From: an uncultured Nitrospira sp.
Lineage (GTDB): Bacteria; Nitrospirota; Nitrospiria; Nitrospirales; Nitrospiraceae
Direction: 5' to 3'
Length of the DNA stretch: 50,124 bases
Assembly: GCA_964547625.1 (NCBI GenBank)
Contig: CAZJOQ010000002.1
Coordinates: 1 to 50,124, forward strand
Shown here: one piece after another, positions 9,805 to 19,049 of the stretch
Layout of the letters: each line of letters opens with the position of its first letter
How positions within the stretch are numbered: position 1 is the first letter of the stretch
The notes under the pieces: model-generated
Database searches by the model: none
What the model saw: only the letters and a program-made list of their open reading frames with translations
Told to the model about the DNA's origin: nothing
Position numbers and translations under genes: made by a program

Positions 9805-10560
9805 ATGACAACGCAATCATTGCAAGGGAAAGTGGTCGTGGTGGGGGCAGGGGCCAAGAATCTTGGCGGCCTTATCAGTCTGGAATTTGCCAAAGGAGGA
9901 GGCAAGATCGTAGTGAACTACAACAGTGCTACTACGAAGCAAGACGCGGAATCTACGGTGAAAGCCATTCAATCCTTTGGCGGTGAAGCCTACGCCACTC
10001 AAGGTGATTTGACCAAACCATCCAATGTGGCGGCCTTGTTTGAACAAGCGAAGAAACGTTTCGGCGGAATCGATATTGCCATCAATACCGTGGGCAAGGT
10101 GTTGCGTAAGCCCATCGTGGACACGACCGAAGAAGAATATGATTCCATGTTTGCTATCAATGCCAAAGCCGCATACTTTTTTATCAAGGAAGCCGGAAAA
10201 CATCTCAATGATAATGGAAAAATTATCACCGTAGTGACCTCGCTGTTAGCCGCCTTCACTGACGGATACTCCACGTATGCTGGAGGGAAAGCGCCGGTAG
10301 AACATTTCACCCGTGCGGCTGCCAAGGAGTTCGGGTCGAGAGGAATTTCAGTCACAGCGGTCGGTCCTGGCCCAATGGACACTCCATTTTTCTATGGCCA
10401 AGAAACGCCAGAGCGTGCGGCCTATCACAAATCACAGGCCATGAATGGTAACCTCACCAAGATTGAAGACATCGTGCCCATCGTCAAATTCTTGGCGACC
10501 GATGGCTGGTGGATCACGGGGCAAACAATATTCGCCAATGGTGGGTACACAACGCGTTGA
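9805..10560 (+). CDS. Short-chain dehydrogenase/reductase
   Basis: Rossmann variant GAGAKNLGG, YAGGK catalytic motif, ITGQTIFANGG. ATG 9805 follows AGGAGG. Confidence 0.92.
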   Translation: MTTQSLQGKVVVVGAGAKNLGGLISLEFAKGGGKIVVNYNSATTKQDAESTVKAIQSFGGEAYATQGDLTKPSNVAALFEQAKKRFGGIDIAINTVGKVLRKPIVDTTEEEYDSMFAINAKAAYFFIKEAGKHLNDNGKIITVVTSLLAAFTDGYSTYAGGKAPVEHFTRAAAKEFGSRGISVTAVGPGPMDTPFFYGQETPERAAYHKSQAMNGNLTKIEDIVPIVKFLATDGWWITGQTIFANGGYTTR

Positions 10561-10732
10561 ACGAACATCAATGATGAAAAAACAGATAGGGATAAACTGA
10601 TTGTCTTGAGGCGAAATTGAGAATCGGGTCGCACCCCAATATATAAGTGAAGGTGGGAACATCGCTCGTGATTATTGATCCTCTGCGAGGAGACACATCT
10701 CGTTGTTTGTGGCGGATATGAGGAGCATCCTG

Positions 10733-10862
10733 CTAGACAGGAAGCAGCTGGACACCGAACATTCGTTCGGTGAACCAGACAATCGCGATGGCGATCAGCG
10801 CCAGTGATGCGTTGGTGAGAACCAATATCGGGTAGGGCCCAGGCTGATGAGTCAGATAAGCC
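10733..10862 (-). pseudogene. Orphan diverged copy of the 3' end of the hupE/ureJ gene
   Basis: Translates to AYLTHQPGPYPILVLTNASLALIAIAIVWFTERMFGVQLLPV*. By hand count this is 25/42 identical to the last 42 aa of the 13173..14294 gene. Confidence 0.8.
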
Positions 10863-10869
10863 CTGTGCT

Positions 10870-11200
10870 GAGTTTCCGCGATGCTCGATTCCCCATCGCT
10901 CCAGCGAACGAATGATGCGCGAAGCGTTTCGCCTCTGGGAGACAGGGAATATTCTACTTTAGGCGGCACTTCAGGAAAGGCCGTTCGATACATGATGCCG
11001 CCCTGCTCAGCTCATGGAGTTGCGTGGTCAACATGCGCTGAGTCACACCAGTTATCTGCTTGCGAGTCTCTCCAAAACGCAGCACTTTCCGCTTAAAGTA
11101 AGTGGTAGAGTACGACGCCCTTCCACTTCCCTCCGATCACATTCAGCGTGATTTCAATCGGACAGTCTTCACTGCAAGGCGCAAAGCGTCGTTTCGCTAT
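10870..11200 (-). pseudogene. HxlR-family winged-helix regulator pseudogene
   Basis: Segments [28 protein letters not shown]...TQRMLTTQLHEL, EVPPKVEYSLSPRGETL and LERWG are separated by frameshifts. The start codon reads ATA (11200) after a GAGGAG RBS. Divergent from the MDR gene. Confidence 0.85.
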
Positions 11201-11293
11201 GACCTCTCCTCGGTATCATTTTTAGCACTCACCCTCTCCGAAATGTGCCGCCTTGTATTGACGGCCAATAACCCGTATCTCTAGATAGCAAGC

Positions 11294-12298
11294 ATGGAGG
11301 TGCTGATGAAAGTCCTTGGTTATACGCATGCTCATTCGCTGGATCAATTCAATCTGCAACCTATGGAGTTGCTGGATCCGATACCTAGCGGTCGAGATCT
11401 ATTAGTTGAGGTGAAGGCCGTTGGGTTGAATCCTATCGACTACAAAATTCGAAGCCGGCGATCCGGTTCCGCTGGGCAGCCGGTCATTTTAGGGTGGGAT
11501 GCAGCAGGCATTGTGCGGGCTCGCGGTACGGAGGTGACAGGGTTCAATGTCGGTGACGAAGTGTTCTACAGCGGGGATCTCAATAGGGCTGGGTCCTACG
11601 CAACGCAGCAACTGGTGGATGAACGGCTGGTAGCTATGAAACCGAACACCCTCTCGTTTACGGAAGCGGCGGCACTTCCGCTGACCAGCTTGACGGCCTA
11701 CGAGATGCTCTTTGAAAAAATGGGCCTCACAGGGTCGGATCGGCGGACGATCCTTATTATCGGTGGCGCCGGCGGCGTTGGGTCGCAAGCGATCCAACTG
11801 CTCAAGCTGAAAACCCCCATGACGGTGATTGCCACAGCTTCACGACCGGAGAGTCAGCAGTGGGTCAAAAGTCTTGGCGCCGATCATCTCGTGTCCCATC
11901 AGGCGTTTGTGGCTGACATACGGAAACTAGGCGTGAAGTTTGTGGACTTTATCTTTAGCACGACCCATTCAGGACAACATTGGTCGAAGATGGCTGACAT
12001 TATTGCTCCATTCGGGGAAGTGGGGATCATCGATGAGGGGGATGGACTGGACGTCTCCCTGTTCAAGTCGAAATCGGTGAGCCTGCATTGGGAGCTCATG
12101 TTCACGAAGTCAATCTTCAACTATCGTGCGGCTTCTCAGGGGGAAATTCTCACGGAGGTGAAGGGCTTGATTGAATCCGGCGAAATGCGTACGACGGTCA
12201 ACCGTGTGTTGAATGGACTCACGGTTGAGAATCTTCACGCCGGCCATACGATGCTGGAACAGCATACCAACGTAGGGAAGGTCGTCGTGCAGCTGTGA
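11294..12298 (+). CDS. Zinc-binding alcohol dehydrogenase family / quinone oxidoreductase (MDR)
   Basis: Motifs NPIDYKIR, ILGWDAAG, AAALPLTSLTAYE, GGAGGVGS and KSVSLHWELMFT. Confidence 0.92.
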   Translation: MEVLMKVLGYTHAHSLDQFNLQPMELLDPIPSGRDLLVEVKAVGLNPIDYKIRSRRSGSAGQPVILGWDAAGIVRARGTEVTGFNVGDEVFYSGDLNRAGSYATQQLVDERLVAMKPNTLSFTEAAALPLTSLTAYEMLFEKMGLTGSDRRTILIIGGAGGVGSQAIQLLKLKTPMTVIATASRPESQQWVKSLGADHLVSHQAFVADIRKLGVKFVDFIFSTTHSGQHWSKMADIIAPFGEVGIIDEGDGLDVSLFKSKSVSLHWELMFTKSIFNYRAASQGEILTEVKGLIESGEMRTTVNRVLNGLTVENLHAGHTMLEQHTNVGKVVVQL

Positions 12299-12332
12299 GT
12301 GCCATATTCGACAAAGAAGGGGGAGTCTACTA

Positions 12333-13124
12333 ATGGACATGCAATTGGAGAATCGTCTTGCCCTAGTGACCGGCAGCACGGCTGGTATCGGCTATGCGAT
12401 TGCGGAGGCGCTGGCCAGGGAGGGGGTGCGTGTGATCATCAACGGTCGTACACCAGCAGCTGTTGATGCGGCGGTGCAAGCCATTGCGAAAGCTACCAGG
12501 CGGACGCCGCTGGGATTTCCCGGTGACGCGAGCGATGCCACGGTTGCCAAGGCTCTGGTGACGCAGCATCCCAAGATTGACATTCTGATCAACAACCTCG
12601 GTATCTTTGAACCAAAGGCATTCGAGGACATTTCCGATGCCGATTGGTTACGGTTCTTCGAGGTCAATGTGATGAGTGGCGTCCGGCTGGCGCGGCTCTG
12701 TCTTCCGTCTATGAAGGCGTCCAACTGGGGCCGCATCATCTGCATCTCGAGCGAAAGCGGCGTGCAGATTCCACCCGAGATGATTCATTACGGCGTGACC
12801 AAGACGGCGCAACTGGCCTTGGCACGGGGACTGGCAGAATCCGTGGCAGGCACTGGGATTACAGTGAACAGCATTCTCCCAGGACCCACGAAGTCTCGTG
12901 GCGTCGGGGAATTCGTCGATGCCCTGGCCAAGACGGAAGGACAATCGTTTGCCGAGTTTGAGAAGGTATTTTTCGATAAGGTGCGCCCGACTTCGTTGAT
13001 TAAACGGTTTGCCACTCCTGAAGAAGTTGCCTCACTCGTTGTCTACATCGCGAGTCCGCTCTCCTCTGCCACGACTGGTGCAGCGCTGCGTGTCGATGGT
13101 GGCGTTGTCAAGAGTGTCGTCTGA
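12333..13124 (+). CDS. Short-chain dehydrogenase/reductase
   Basis: Motifs TGSTAGIG, NNLG, YGVTK and LRVDGG. Confidence 0.93.
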   Translation: MDMQLENRLALVTGSTAGIGYAIAEALAREGVRVIINGRTPAAVDAAVQAIAKATRRTPLGFPGDASDATVAKALVTQHPKIDILINNLGIFEPKAFEDISDADWLRFFEVNVMSGVRLARLCLPSMKASNWGRIICISSESGVQIPPEMIHYGVTKTAQLALARGLAESVAGTGITVNSILPGPTKSRGVGEFVDALAKTEGQSFAEFEKVFFDKVRPTSLIKRFATPEEVASLVVYIASPLSSATTGAALRVDGGVVKSVV

Positions 13125-13172
13125 ACGCACCCGATCGTGGCTCCCCCAAGCCGCGGGCTTTTCAATGTTTTG

Positions 13173-14294
13173 CTAGAGCGGAAACAGCTGCAGATCGAAC
13201 GCGCGTTCGGTGAACCAGATGAGGGCGATGGCGATTACCGCCAATGAGCCACCGGTGAGGACTAGCCTTGGATAAGACCAGGAGCGGCGGACCAGGTACG
13301 CCAGCGGTAAGAAGGCGGAGACGATAGCGAGTTGGCCGATTTCCACCCCGACGTTGAAGCTGACCAGGCTCAGCAATAGTGAATCCTGAGGCAACCCGAG
13401 GTCCGTGAGCACGGCAGCAAATCCGAACCCATGGATGAGACCGAACCCAAATGCAATCATCCAACGACGACTCATCATCGTGGGATATATGTTGCCAAGT
13501 CCAGCAAGTACGACTGAGGCGGCAATGGTCGATTCCACTACGCGGGATGGTAAGCGGACCACATCTAGGGCAGCCAGTGTCAATGTCAGCGAATGGGCGA
13601 CGGTAAAGGCTGTGACGATGCTGACGACGTTCCAGCAGACCGATGAAAAGTCACCCGCGGCTTGCCAGCGTCCTTGCACTCGGATCAAGACTGCGGGAAG
13701 TAAGAGGGCAAGCAAGAACAGAACATGGTCGAACCCAAGCCAGATGTGCCAAATCCCCTCCCGAATAAACTGGCTGCTCTCATTCCAACGTGACCGTTCA
13801 GCGATGGAGAATTCCTGAGCCGTAGAGTCTTGGCTGAAAATGGCGGTACGGGTTTGTCCTCCTTGGGTCAGACGCAAGAGCCCCTTATGTTGTGCGTCGA
13901 TATCGAATAGAAGTCGGTAGTCCACTGCGAGCCGTTCAATGGGTCCGTTGCAATTGGAAACGAAACGCAGGACTGAGTACGCTCCGTCTGTGTGATGATC
14001 GATAAGTTGCTCCAGCACCTCAGTCGTACAAGCTTTGTGGTCGGCTGAGAGAGCCAGATGAGACAGTGCGTAGGCCCTGATCTTGTCATGCTTTGTTCGA
14101 ACTTCTCCCCAGGTAAGTTGGCCGTCTCCATCGATGTCTAACGCAATGCCCTCGGCGAGGTCGCGTAAGGCGATGTCCCATTGCCCCACAATGTGATCAT
14201 TCTGAACAGACAGTGAGAGATAGCTGTCACTGGGCTTATGGGCCCAGGCAGGCAGACTGAACAGAAGCGAGATCATGACGAACAGGATGCGCAT
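13173..14294 (-). CDS. HupE/UreJ family protein with an N-terminal periplasmic domain
   Basis: Signal peptide ending AWA-HKPS; motifs GIWHIWLGFDHVLFLLAL, TAFTVAHSLTL, FGLIHGFGFA and FNVGVEIGQ. ATG 14294 overlaps the upstream TGA. Confidence 0.88.
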   Translation of the reverse strand: MRILFVMISLLFSLPAWAHKPSDSYLSLSVQNDHIVGQWDIALRDLAEGIALDIDGDGQLTWGEVRTKHDKIRAYALSHLALSADHKACTTEVLEQLIDHHTDGAYSVLRFVSNCNGPIERLAVDYRLLFDIDAQHKGLLRLTQGGQTRTAIFSQDSTAQEFSIAERSRWNESSQFIREGIWHIWLGFDHVLFLLALLLPAVLIRVQGRWQAAGDFSSVCWNVVSIVTAFTVAHSLTLTLAALDVVRLPSRVVESTIAASVVLAGLGNIYPTMMSRRWMIAFGFGLIHGFGFAAVLTDLGLPQDSLLLSLVSFNVGVEIGQLAIVSAFLPLAYLVRRSWSYPRLVLTGGSLAVIAIALIWFTERAFDLQLFPL

Positions 14295-15481
14295 CAAGAT
14301 GGTGCCTCCTGAAACTGTTTTCCGAGTTGCTGTAGATGAAAATCCTCCACGCGGTTCCTCTTCATCCACTCAAGCACCGGTTGGGCCGCCGGTGGGTTCT
14401 TGGCTGCGAGCGCGCTTTCAAGAAGAATCCTGGCGTCAGCCGGTTCTCGCTGGACGTTCCAATTAGTCTGGGCTAGCGGCAGTGCCCGTTCGGCATTGTG
14501 CAGTAAAGCCAAGGTGAACCGTGCCTCTTCCCTGACATGGACGGTCGTTCCGCGATCACGGCTGGCAGCAAAACGGGCTGCAAGTTCGGCTGTATGGTTC
14601 TGGAACGTGGGCAGCTTCAACGCCTGCTCCGCGAGAGCCAGACGCATGAGCAATCCATCAGCCTTCGTCTCAGATTGGAGGAGGGAGACGACGTCGTGAT
14701 GGCGGCCATGGTCGAGAAGAAAATCGGCGTAGGCGCCGAGTAAGTATTGATTCTTGATGTCGACCTTGAAGGCTTCCGAGAAATACTGCTCCGCTTCTCG
14801 GATTGCTCCGGTGCGGGCGGCTGTTTCAGCCAGGATCGTTGCAATCCAGATGCGCTCGCGCCCGACAAGGGCTGTATTGGACAGGACCTGTCCGAGCAGT
14901 TCTCGGCTCTTGGGCGATTGCCCCGTCACGCTGGCGATATCACTCAGACAGCCAAGCAACACGTGAGAGGCCGCCAACCGGGCAAGTCGTTGACAGGCTC
15001 GGCGTGCATCCTCGTATCGGGCTTGTACCTGGAGAATGGACGCTTTGGTGAGCCAGGCCTGGGCATTGGTCGGCTGTACGGCCAATACCTGGTCGAGGTC
15101 GGCCAGGGCCTCGTTGAACTCGTGGGCGTTCTGCCTGATCGTGGCTCGTAAGAGAAGTGCGGCAGGTGGAGGGGTGGGTTCGCTCCACCAAGGGCTGAGG
15201 ACCGCTTGTGCTTGTCCTAAGAAACGGGGATCACCTTCTGAGCGGCCTTGTTCGATGTAACGAGTGGCTAGCTTCACGGCTGATTCAATATGACGAGGAT
15301 TCCGTTGTAGATCGGTGCGCAGGCGGTCGAGCTCACGCGCGATGGGATCAGACGCCCTGAAGCTGAGCCGCTGAAGCACCTGTCTGTCATCCGTTGGCCG
15401 GTAGGGTTCAGGGTACGCGGCGCCAACTTGGCTCAACATGAACCATCCGACCACGCTGATAACGGTGAAGAATCGAGTCAT
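14294..15481 (-). CDS. Secreted tetratricopeptide repeat protein
   Basis: Signal peptide; helical TPR-like repeats (EFNEALADLDQVLAVQPTNAQAWLTKASI). Confidence 0.8.
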   Translation of the reverse strand: MTRFFTVISVVGWFMLSQVGAAYPEPYRPTDDRQVLQRLSFRASDPIARELDRLRTDLQRNPRHIESAVKLATRYIEQGRSEGDPRFLGQAQAVLSPWWSEPTPPPAALLLRATIRQNAHEFNEALADLDQVLAVQPTNAQAWLTKASILQVQARYEDARRACQRLARLAASHVLLGCLSDIASVTGQSPKSRELLGQVLSNTALVGRERIWIATILAETAARTGAIREAEQYFSEAFKVDIKNQYLLGAYADFLLDHGRHHDVVSLLQSETKADGLLMRLALAEQALKLPTFQNHTAELAARFAASRDRGTTVHVREEARFTLALLHNAERALPLAQTNWNVQREPADARILLESALAAKNPPAAQPVLEWMKRNRVEDFHLQQLGKQFQEAPS

Positions 15482-15484
15482 GGG

Positions 15485-16381
15485 CTACTCGCGTGAATAG
15501 GTGATGGGAATGCGCATAGCGACTTGCTGTCGGTCCAATGGGCGGTCAAGCTGCATTGGGAAGGCCCGCTGCACGAGTGCCATCGCTTCCCGATCGATGC
15601 GATCCAGGCCGGAACTCTTCACCACTGCATAGTCCAGCAAGATTCCTTCCCGTGAGACCACGGCCTTGACCAGGACCTTGAGGGGGCGTGAGTCATCGAG
15701 GGATGGGTGAGACGATCGTTTGAGTTCCTCTAGCCGCTGGAAGATCGCCTGTTGAAGCCATCCGTAGTCAGGCCGTATCGCGGAAGCAGCGTGAGCATCT
15801 GATGCTGTAATCGGTACCGGCGATGGCTGGGTGGTGTCAGTAGGTGGAGTACTTTCTTTGAGTGGAGCAGCAGCTTCCAGTTGTGATGCTTGTGTCGTCG
15901 AGCTAATCGGCGTTTCAGTCTGTTGTCGTGGAGGTTCAGCTGCTTGGACAAGAGGAGGTGGCAATTCATTCGGTATCGCGGTGGTAACTGTATCGCTCGA
16001 TGATGTGACTGATGACGGACTGTCAGGCATGGATGTTGGTGTGACTGGTGCTTCGGCCTTTGGGACACGTGAGGTGCTGGGTTCAGCAGATGGGGCTGCA
16101 TGACGGATCGTGCGGTTGGCGTGAGAGACGGTAGCTGTGTGATCTGGTTGCTTTAGAACGGGTGGTTTGGTAGCCTCGATGGTTTCGGCGGAATCCTTGG
16201 CTGTTGCTGCCGATTGTACGAGCGCGATATCCCAGTGAAACGGGTCTGTAGGAAGGGTCATCAGTGATTGGCGAAATAGCGGAAGGAGGCTGACAAGTAC
16301 AAGCCCGTGGAGGAGACATGAGACGAGCCAACCGTGCAGGAGCTGTGTCTTGGATTGTTGTGTGGTTGTCTCCAATCTCAT
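15485..16381 (-). CDS. TonB family energy transducer
   Basis: N-terminal TM with SxxxH (SCLLHG), Pro/Ser/Thr-rich linker, TonB C-domain (VVKSSGLDRIDREAM, IPITY). Confidence 0.82.
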   Translation of the reverse strand: MRLETTTQQSKTQLLHGWLVSCLLHGLVLVSLLPLFRQSLMTLPTDPFHWDIALVQSAATAKDSAETIEATKPPVLKQPDHTATVSHANRTIRHAAPSAEPSTSRVPKAEAPVTPTSMPDSPSSVTSSSDTVTTAIPNELPPPLVQAAEPPRQQTETPISSTTQASQLEAAAPLKESTPPTDTTQPSPVPITASDAHAASAIRPDYGWLQQAIFQRLEELKRSSHPSLDDSRPLKVLVKAVVSREGILLDYAVVKSSGLDRIDREAMALVQRAFPMQLDRPLDRQQVAMRIPITYSRE

Positions 16382-16441
16382 GGCCTTGCCCTTCTGATAG
16401 GGCGGGTGCCGCATGTGTGTGCGGCACCCGCATGGCGATCC

Positions 16442-17932
16442 CTACTGTGCCTCGCTAGGATCGATATGCCGACGGTCTCGCCCGTCGAACGGCGTCGGGA
16501 GGAAAGGAAACTCTGTTGCAATGCCGTTGGCGGTTTTGTTACTGCCGACTGCTCCAACATTGAAGTTCACCCCATCCCCGAGATTCGGGGTAGTGGGGTT
16601 CGTCAGAATTCCGGCCACGACCCGCAATGCCACATCCGTGACATCGTCGTTCGGTCTCCGGCCGTTCGGCCAACCTGCCTTATCGGGCGTTGCATTCCCG
16701 CTCGCATCATGGGCGAGCGGACCCAGTCGTTTTTGACCGGTAGCCGGCGTGGCTTGGACGTCCAGATCGACACGCAGGAGGTCGGCCAGCGGTTCATTGG
16801 TCTTGCCTGAGCCGCACACCGACGGGCCTGGTGTATATCGAAGTAGCGCGTTCACGAGATCTTCTCGGTTCGCCGTGGGGAAGCCTGTGCCGAAGACGGC
16901 ATTGAGTGCCGTTGCCAGGGCGGAGTTGCAGTAGGACGGCACGAAGTCGTTCTCGTCTTCCGCATCTGTGGCGTTCCACTTGTCCTTCATATTGGTCGCG
17001 ATGATCAGCTCGTTGACGAGCGGATTGCCCATGCGCGCGACTTGAACAAAGCGGCTACTATTGTCACGGTCGCCGTTTTTCTTGATGACGCTGACTTTGG
17101 GCCGGCTCGTGCTGGCATAGGCGCCGAGCACTTTATTACCGTTCGGGGCGAGGAGCTCGCTGATGGGAATTTCCAGCGCGATCGTGTTCACATTGAAGCC
17201 GCTGAATGTATCGGCGGTACCGGCACCCGGTGCTCCCACAATAATGGCGTCGTTGGCATCATCGGCATTAGACAGGATCGGCGAGATGTGCAGATTCAAC
17301 GTGTCGAATGTTCCTCCCAAGTCAATGTAGAAGGTCTCATCCCGCTGGCCCGCAAAGACTCTTCCTCCGTTTTTCAGAGGGAAAAGTCCCTTCGCAGCCA
17401 GGTCTTCATATTTCGGCATGGTACGTGGGCCGACATTCGACGGCACCGCGAACATCGGGCCGGTGCCAAGATTACGCGATGGTTGGCCAAAGCGCTGTTC
17501 GGTGACGGTATAGCTTTGCCGCACAAGCAGGCCCTCCGATCCTCCACCGGTGAGGGCTGTGATGGGCGGCAATGCGACATAGGCTAAGGGAAACACATTG
17601 CCTGGCTGACGGATCTCCGTCTTGAACCGGATCTGATAGACGATGTTTCCCGCGACGTTGTTCTTATTGTTATCGATATGAATTTCGTACAGCACGTCAT
17701 CAGCAAAGTTGAAGTAGTTGGGGCCGGATCCTGGCTCCTGACTTGGAATCACGTTCATGATTAGAATCGCTTTGTCGGGATCCTGCCAGCTACGGAAAAA
17801 ATAAAAGTCGGTGATATCGGCCGCTGGGTCATTGGCGATCAACGGAGCCTCGCGATGGCTGGCGGCCAAAACCGGCGATGCTGTGAGCACCGCCAGTAGC
17901 GTCAACATGAGTGGTCGAATTCGAGCGAACAT
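16442..17932 (-). CDS. DUF4331 domain secreted protein
   Basis: Mature N-terminus ASHREAPLI; motifs ADITDFYFF, RVFAGQRDETFYIDL, QVARMGNPLVNE, GWPNGRRPNDDVTD and FPFLPTP. ATG 17932 follows AAGGAGG. Confidence 0.88.
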   Translation of the reverse strand: MFARIRPLMLTLLAVLTASPVLAASHREAPLIANDPAADITDFYFFRSWQDPDKAILIMNVIPSQEPGSGPNYFNFADDVLYEIHIDNNKNNVAGNIVYQIRFKTEIRQPGNVFPLAYVALPPITALTGGGSEGLLVRQSYTVTEQRFGQPSRNLGTGPMFAVPSNVGPRTMPKYEDLAAKGLFPLKNGGRVFAGQRDETFYIDLGGTFDTLNLHISPILSNADDANDAIIVGAPGAGTADTFSGFNVNTIALEIPISELLAPNGNKVLGAYASTSRPKVSVIKKNGDRDNSSRFVQVARMGNPLVNELIIATNMKDKWNATDAEDENDFVPSYCNSALATALNAVFGTGFPTANREDLVNALLRYTPGPSVCGSGKTNEPLADLLRVDLDVQATPATGQKRLGPLAHDASGNATPDKAGWPNGRRPNDDVTDVALRVVAGILTNPTTPNLGDGVNFNVGAVGSNKTANGIATEFPFLPTPFDGRDRRHIDPSEAQ

Positions 17933-17975
17933 GGTCTCCTCCTTCTGCATGAATCTGCTTTGTGAGTGGGTTACC

Positions 17976-18200
17976 TTACAGATCCGTCTTAGGAGCCGGA
18001 TCGGGCTCCGAGTCAGCCTGGCTCACCAGTGTGGCTTCTTCCGACGTCAGCGCATCCGACTCCAGCGTGCGCTGATCGTCCGCCGTTGCGACGGGTGTGC
18101 CAGGGGGTGTGATGATGGGCACGTTATCGCTTCCGCCACAGCCGGACATGAGTCCGACGGCGCAGACGACTCCCAGAGGCCAAACGATGGATGATTTCAT
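17976..18200 (-). CDS. Small lipoprotein
   Basis: Lipobox LMSG-C; ATG 18200 follows GAGGAGGA; first gene of the DUF4331 operon. Confidence 0.72.
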   Translation of the reverse strand: MKSSIVWPLGVVCAVGLMSGCGGSDNVPIITPPGTPVATADDQRTLESDALTSEEATLVSQADSEPDPAPKTDL

Positions 18201-18284
18201 GGTGCAGTGCTCCTCCTCATGGTGAAATGTTATAGTTGGCGATCTGTCTTTGGCATCAGCACCTGCCGGCGGTCTGTTCTCAAT

Positions 18285-18309
18285 TACGAGACCGATGTTC
18301 ATTTGGATC
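18285..18309 (-). promoter_or_regulatory. Putative ECF-sigma promoter for the lipoprotein-DUF4331 operon
   Basis: Minus strand reads GATCC-N16-CGTA (gATCCAA...CTCGTA); a near-identical motif lies upstream of the sigma gene. Confidence 0.6.
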
Positions 18310-18399
18310 TATTCTTCGTAGGTGAATTCTTGTTGCCGTGATTTGCCTGGTGATATAGTCACGTCTTCAAAAGGGACCGAAAAAAGTGTCAAAATCGTA

Positions 18400-18425
18400 A
18401 ATCCAATCTCCTCCATCCTCTCGTA
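18400..18425 (+). promoter_or_regulatory. Putative autoregulatory ECF-sigma promoter
   Basis: AATCC-N17-CGTA (aATCCAA...CTCGTA), ending 21 bp before the sigma ATG. Confidence 0.6.
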
Positions 18426-18446
18426 GAGATAGTTGGGGGAGACTCT

Positions 18447-19049
18447 ATGTTGGGGATGTCTCTAGAAACGAGCAGGCTGATTCAGGAACAGGAGTGGGGC
18501 CAACTGATTACCCAAACGGCCCAGGGCGATCAGGCCGCACTCGCGACGTTGTACGACCGCACGAGCCCCCAGGTCTTTGGGCTAATCCTCAAAATTCTCA
18601 ACAATCGTGAAGCAGCCGAAGAAGTCACGTTGGACGTCTATACTCAGGTGTGGCGTCAGGCCAATACCTATGACCGAACCAGGGGGACGCCTGGCGCCTG
18701 GTTGATGATGTTGGCGAGAACCAGGGCGATCGATCGGTTTCGTGCTGGAGCAGCTGAGCATGGACGGGTCGAATCATTGGATGCCGCTCAGTTGTTTGCT
18801 AGTGAATCAGACACGCCAGAACAGGATGTAGAAGGACAAGAGCGGCGGAGGTTCGTACAGCAGGCCTTGGCTGTGCTGACTGCGGAGCAGCGGCAAGCCA
18901 TTGCGCTGGCCTATTTCTATGGGTTGAGCCAGAGCGAGATAGCTGAAAAACTGCAGTTGCCCCTGGGTACCGTGAAGACAAGAATACGATTGGGCATGAT
19001 CAAATTGCGCGAAGCCCTCGCGCCGTATGAATCTGGTTTGGTGTCGTGA
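18447..19049 (+). CDS. ECF RNA polymerase sigma-70 factor (SigK/RpoE-like)
   Basis: Region 2 (AEEVTLDVYTQVW, WLMMLARTRAIDRFR) and region 4 (GLSQSEIAEKLQLPLGTVKTRIRLG). Confidence 0.95.
   Translation: MLGMSLETSRLIQEQEWGQLITQTAQGDQAALATLYDRTSPQVFGLILKILNNREAAEEVTLDVYTQVWRQANTYDRTRGTPGAWLMMLARTRAIDRFRAGAAEHGRVESLDAAQLFASESDTPEQDVEGQERRRFVQQALAVLTAEQRQAIALAYFYGLSQSEIAEKLQLPLGTVKTRIRLGMIKLREALAPYESGLVS

Noticed and set aside
10733-10993. 86-aa ORF as a novel HxlR-membrane fusion protein
   Set aside because: It is a chance in-frame join of a frameshifted hxlR remnant and the duplicated hupE 3' fragment.
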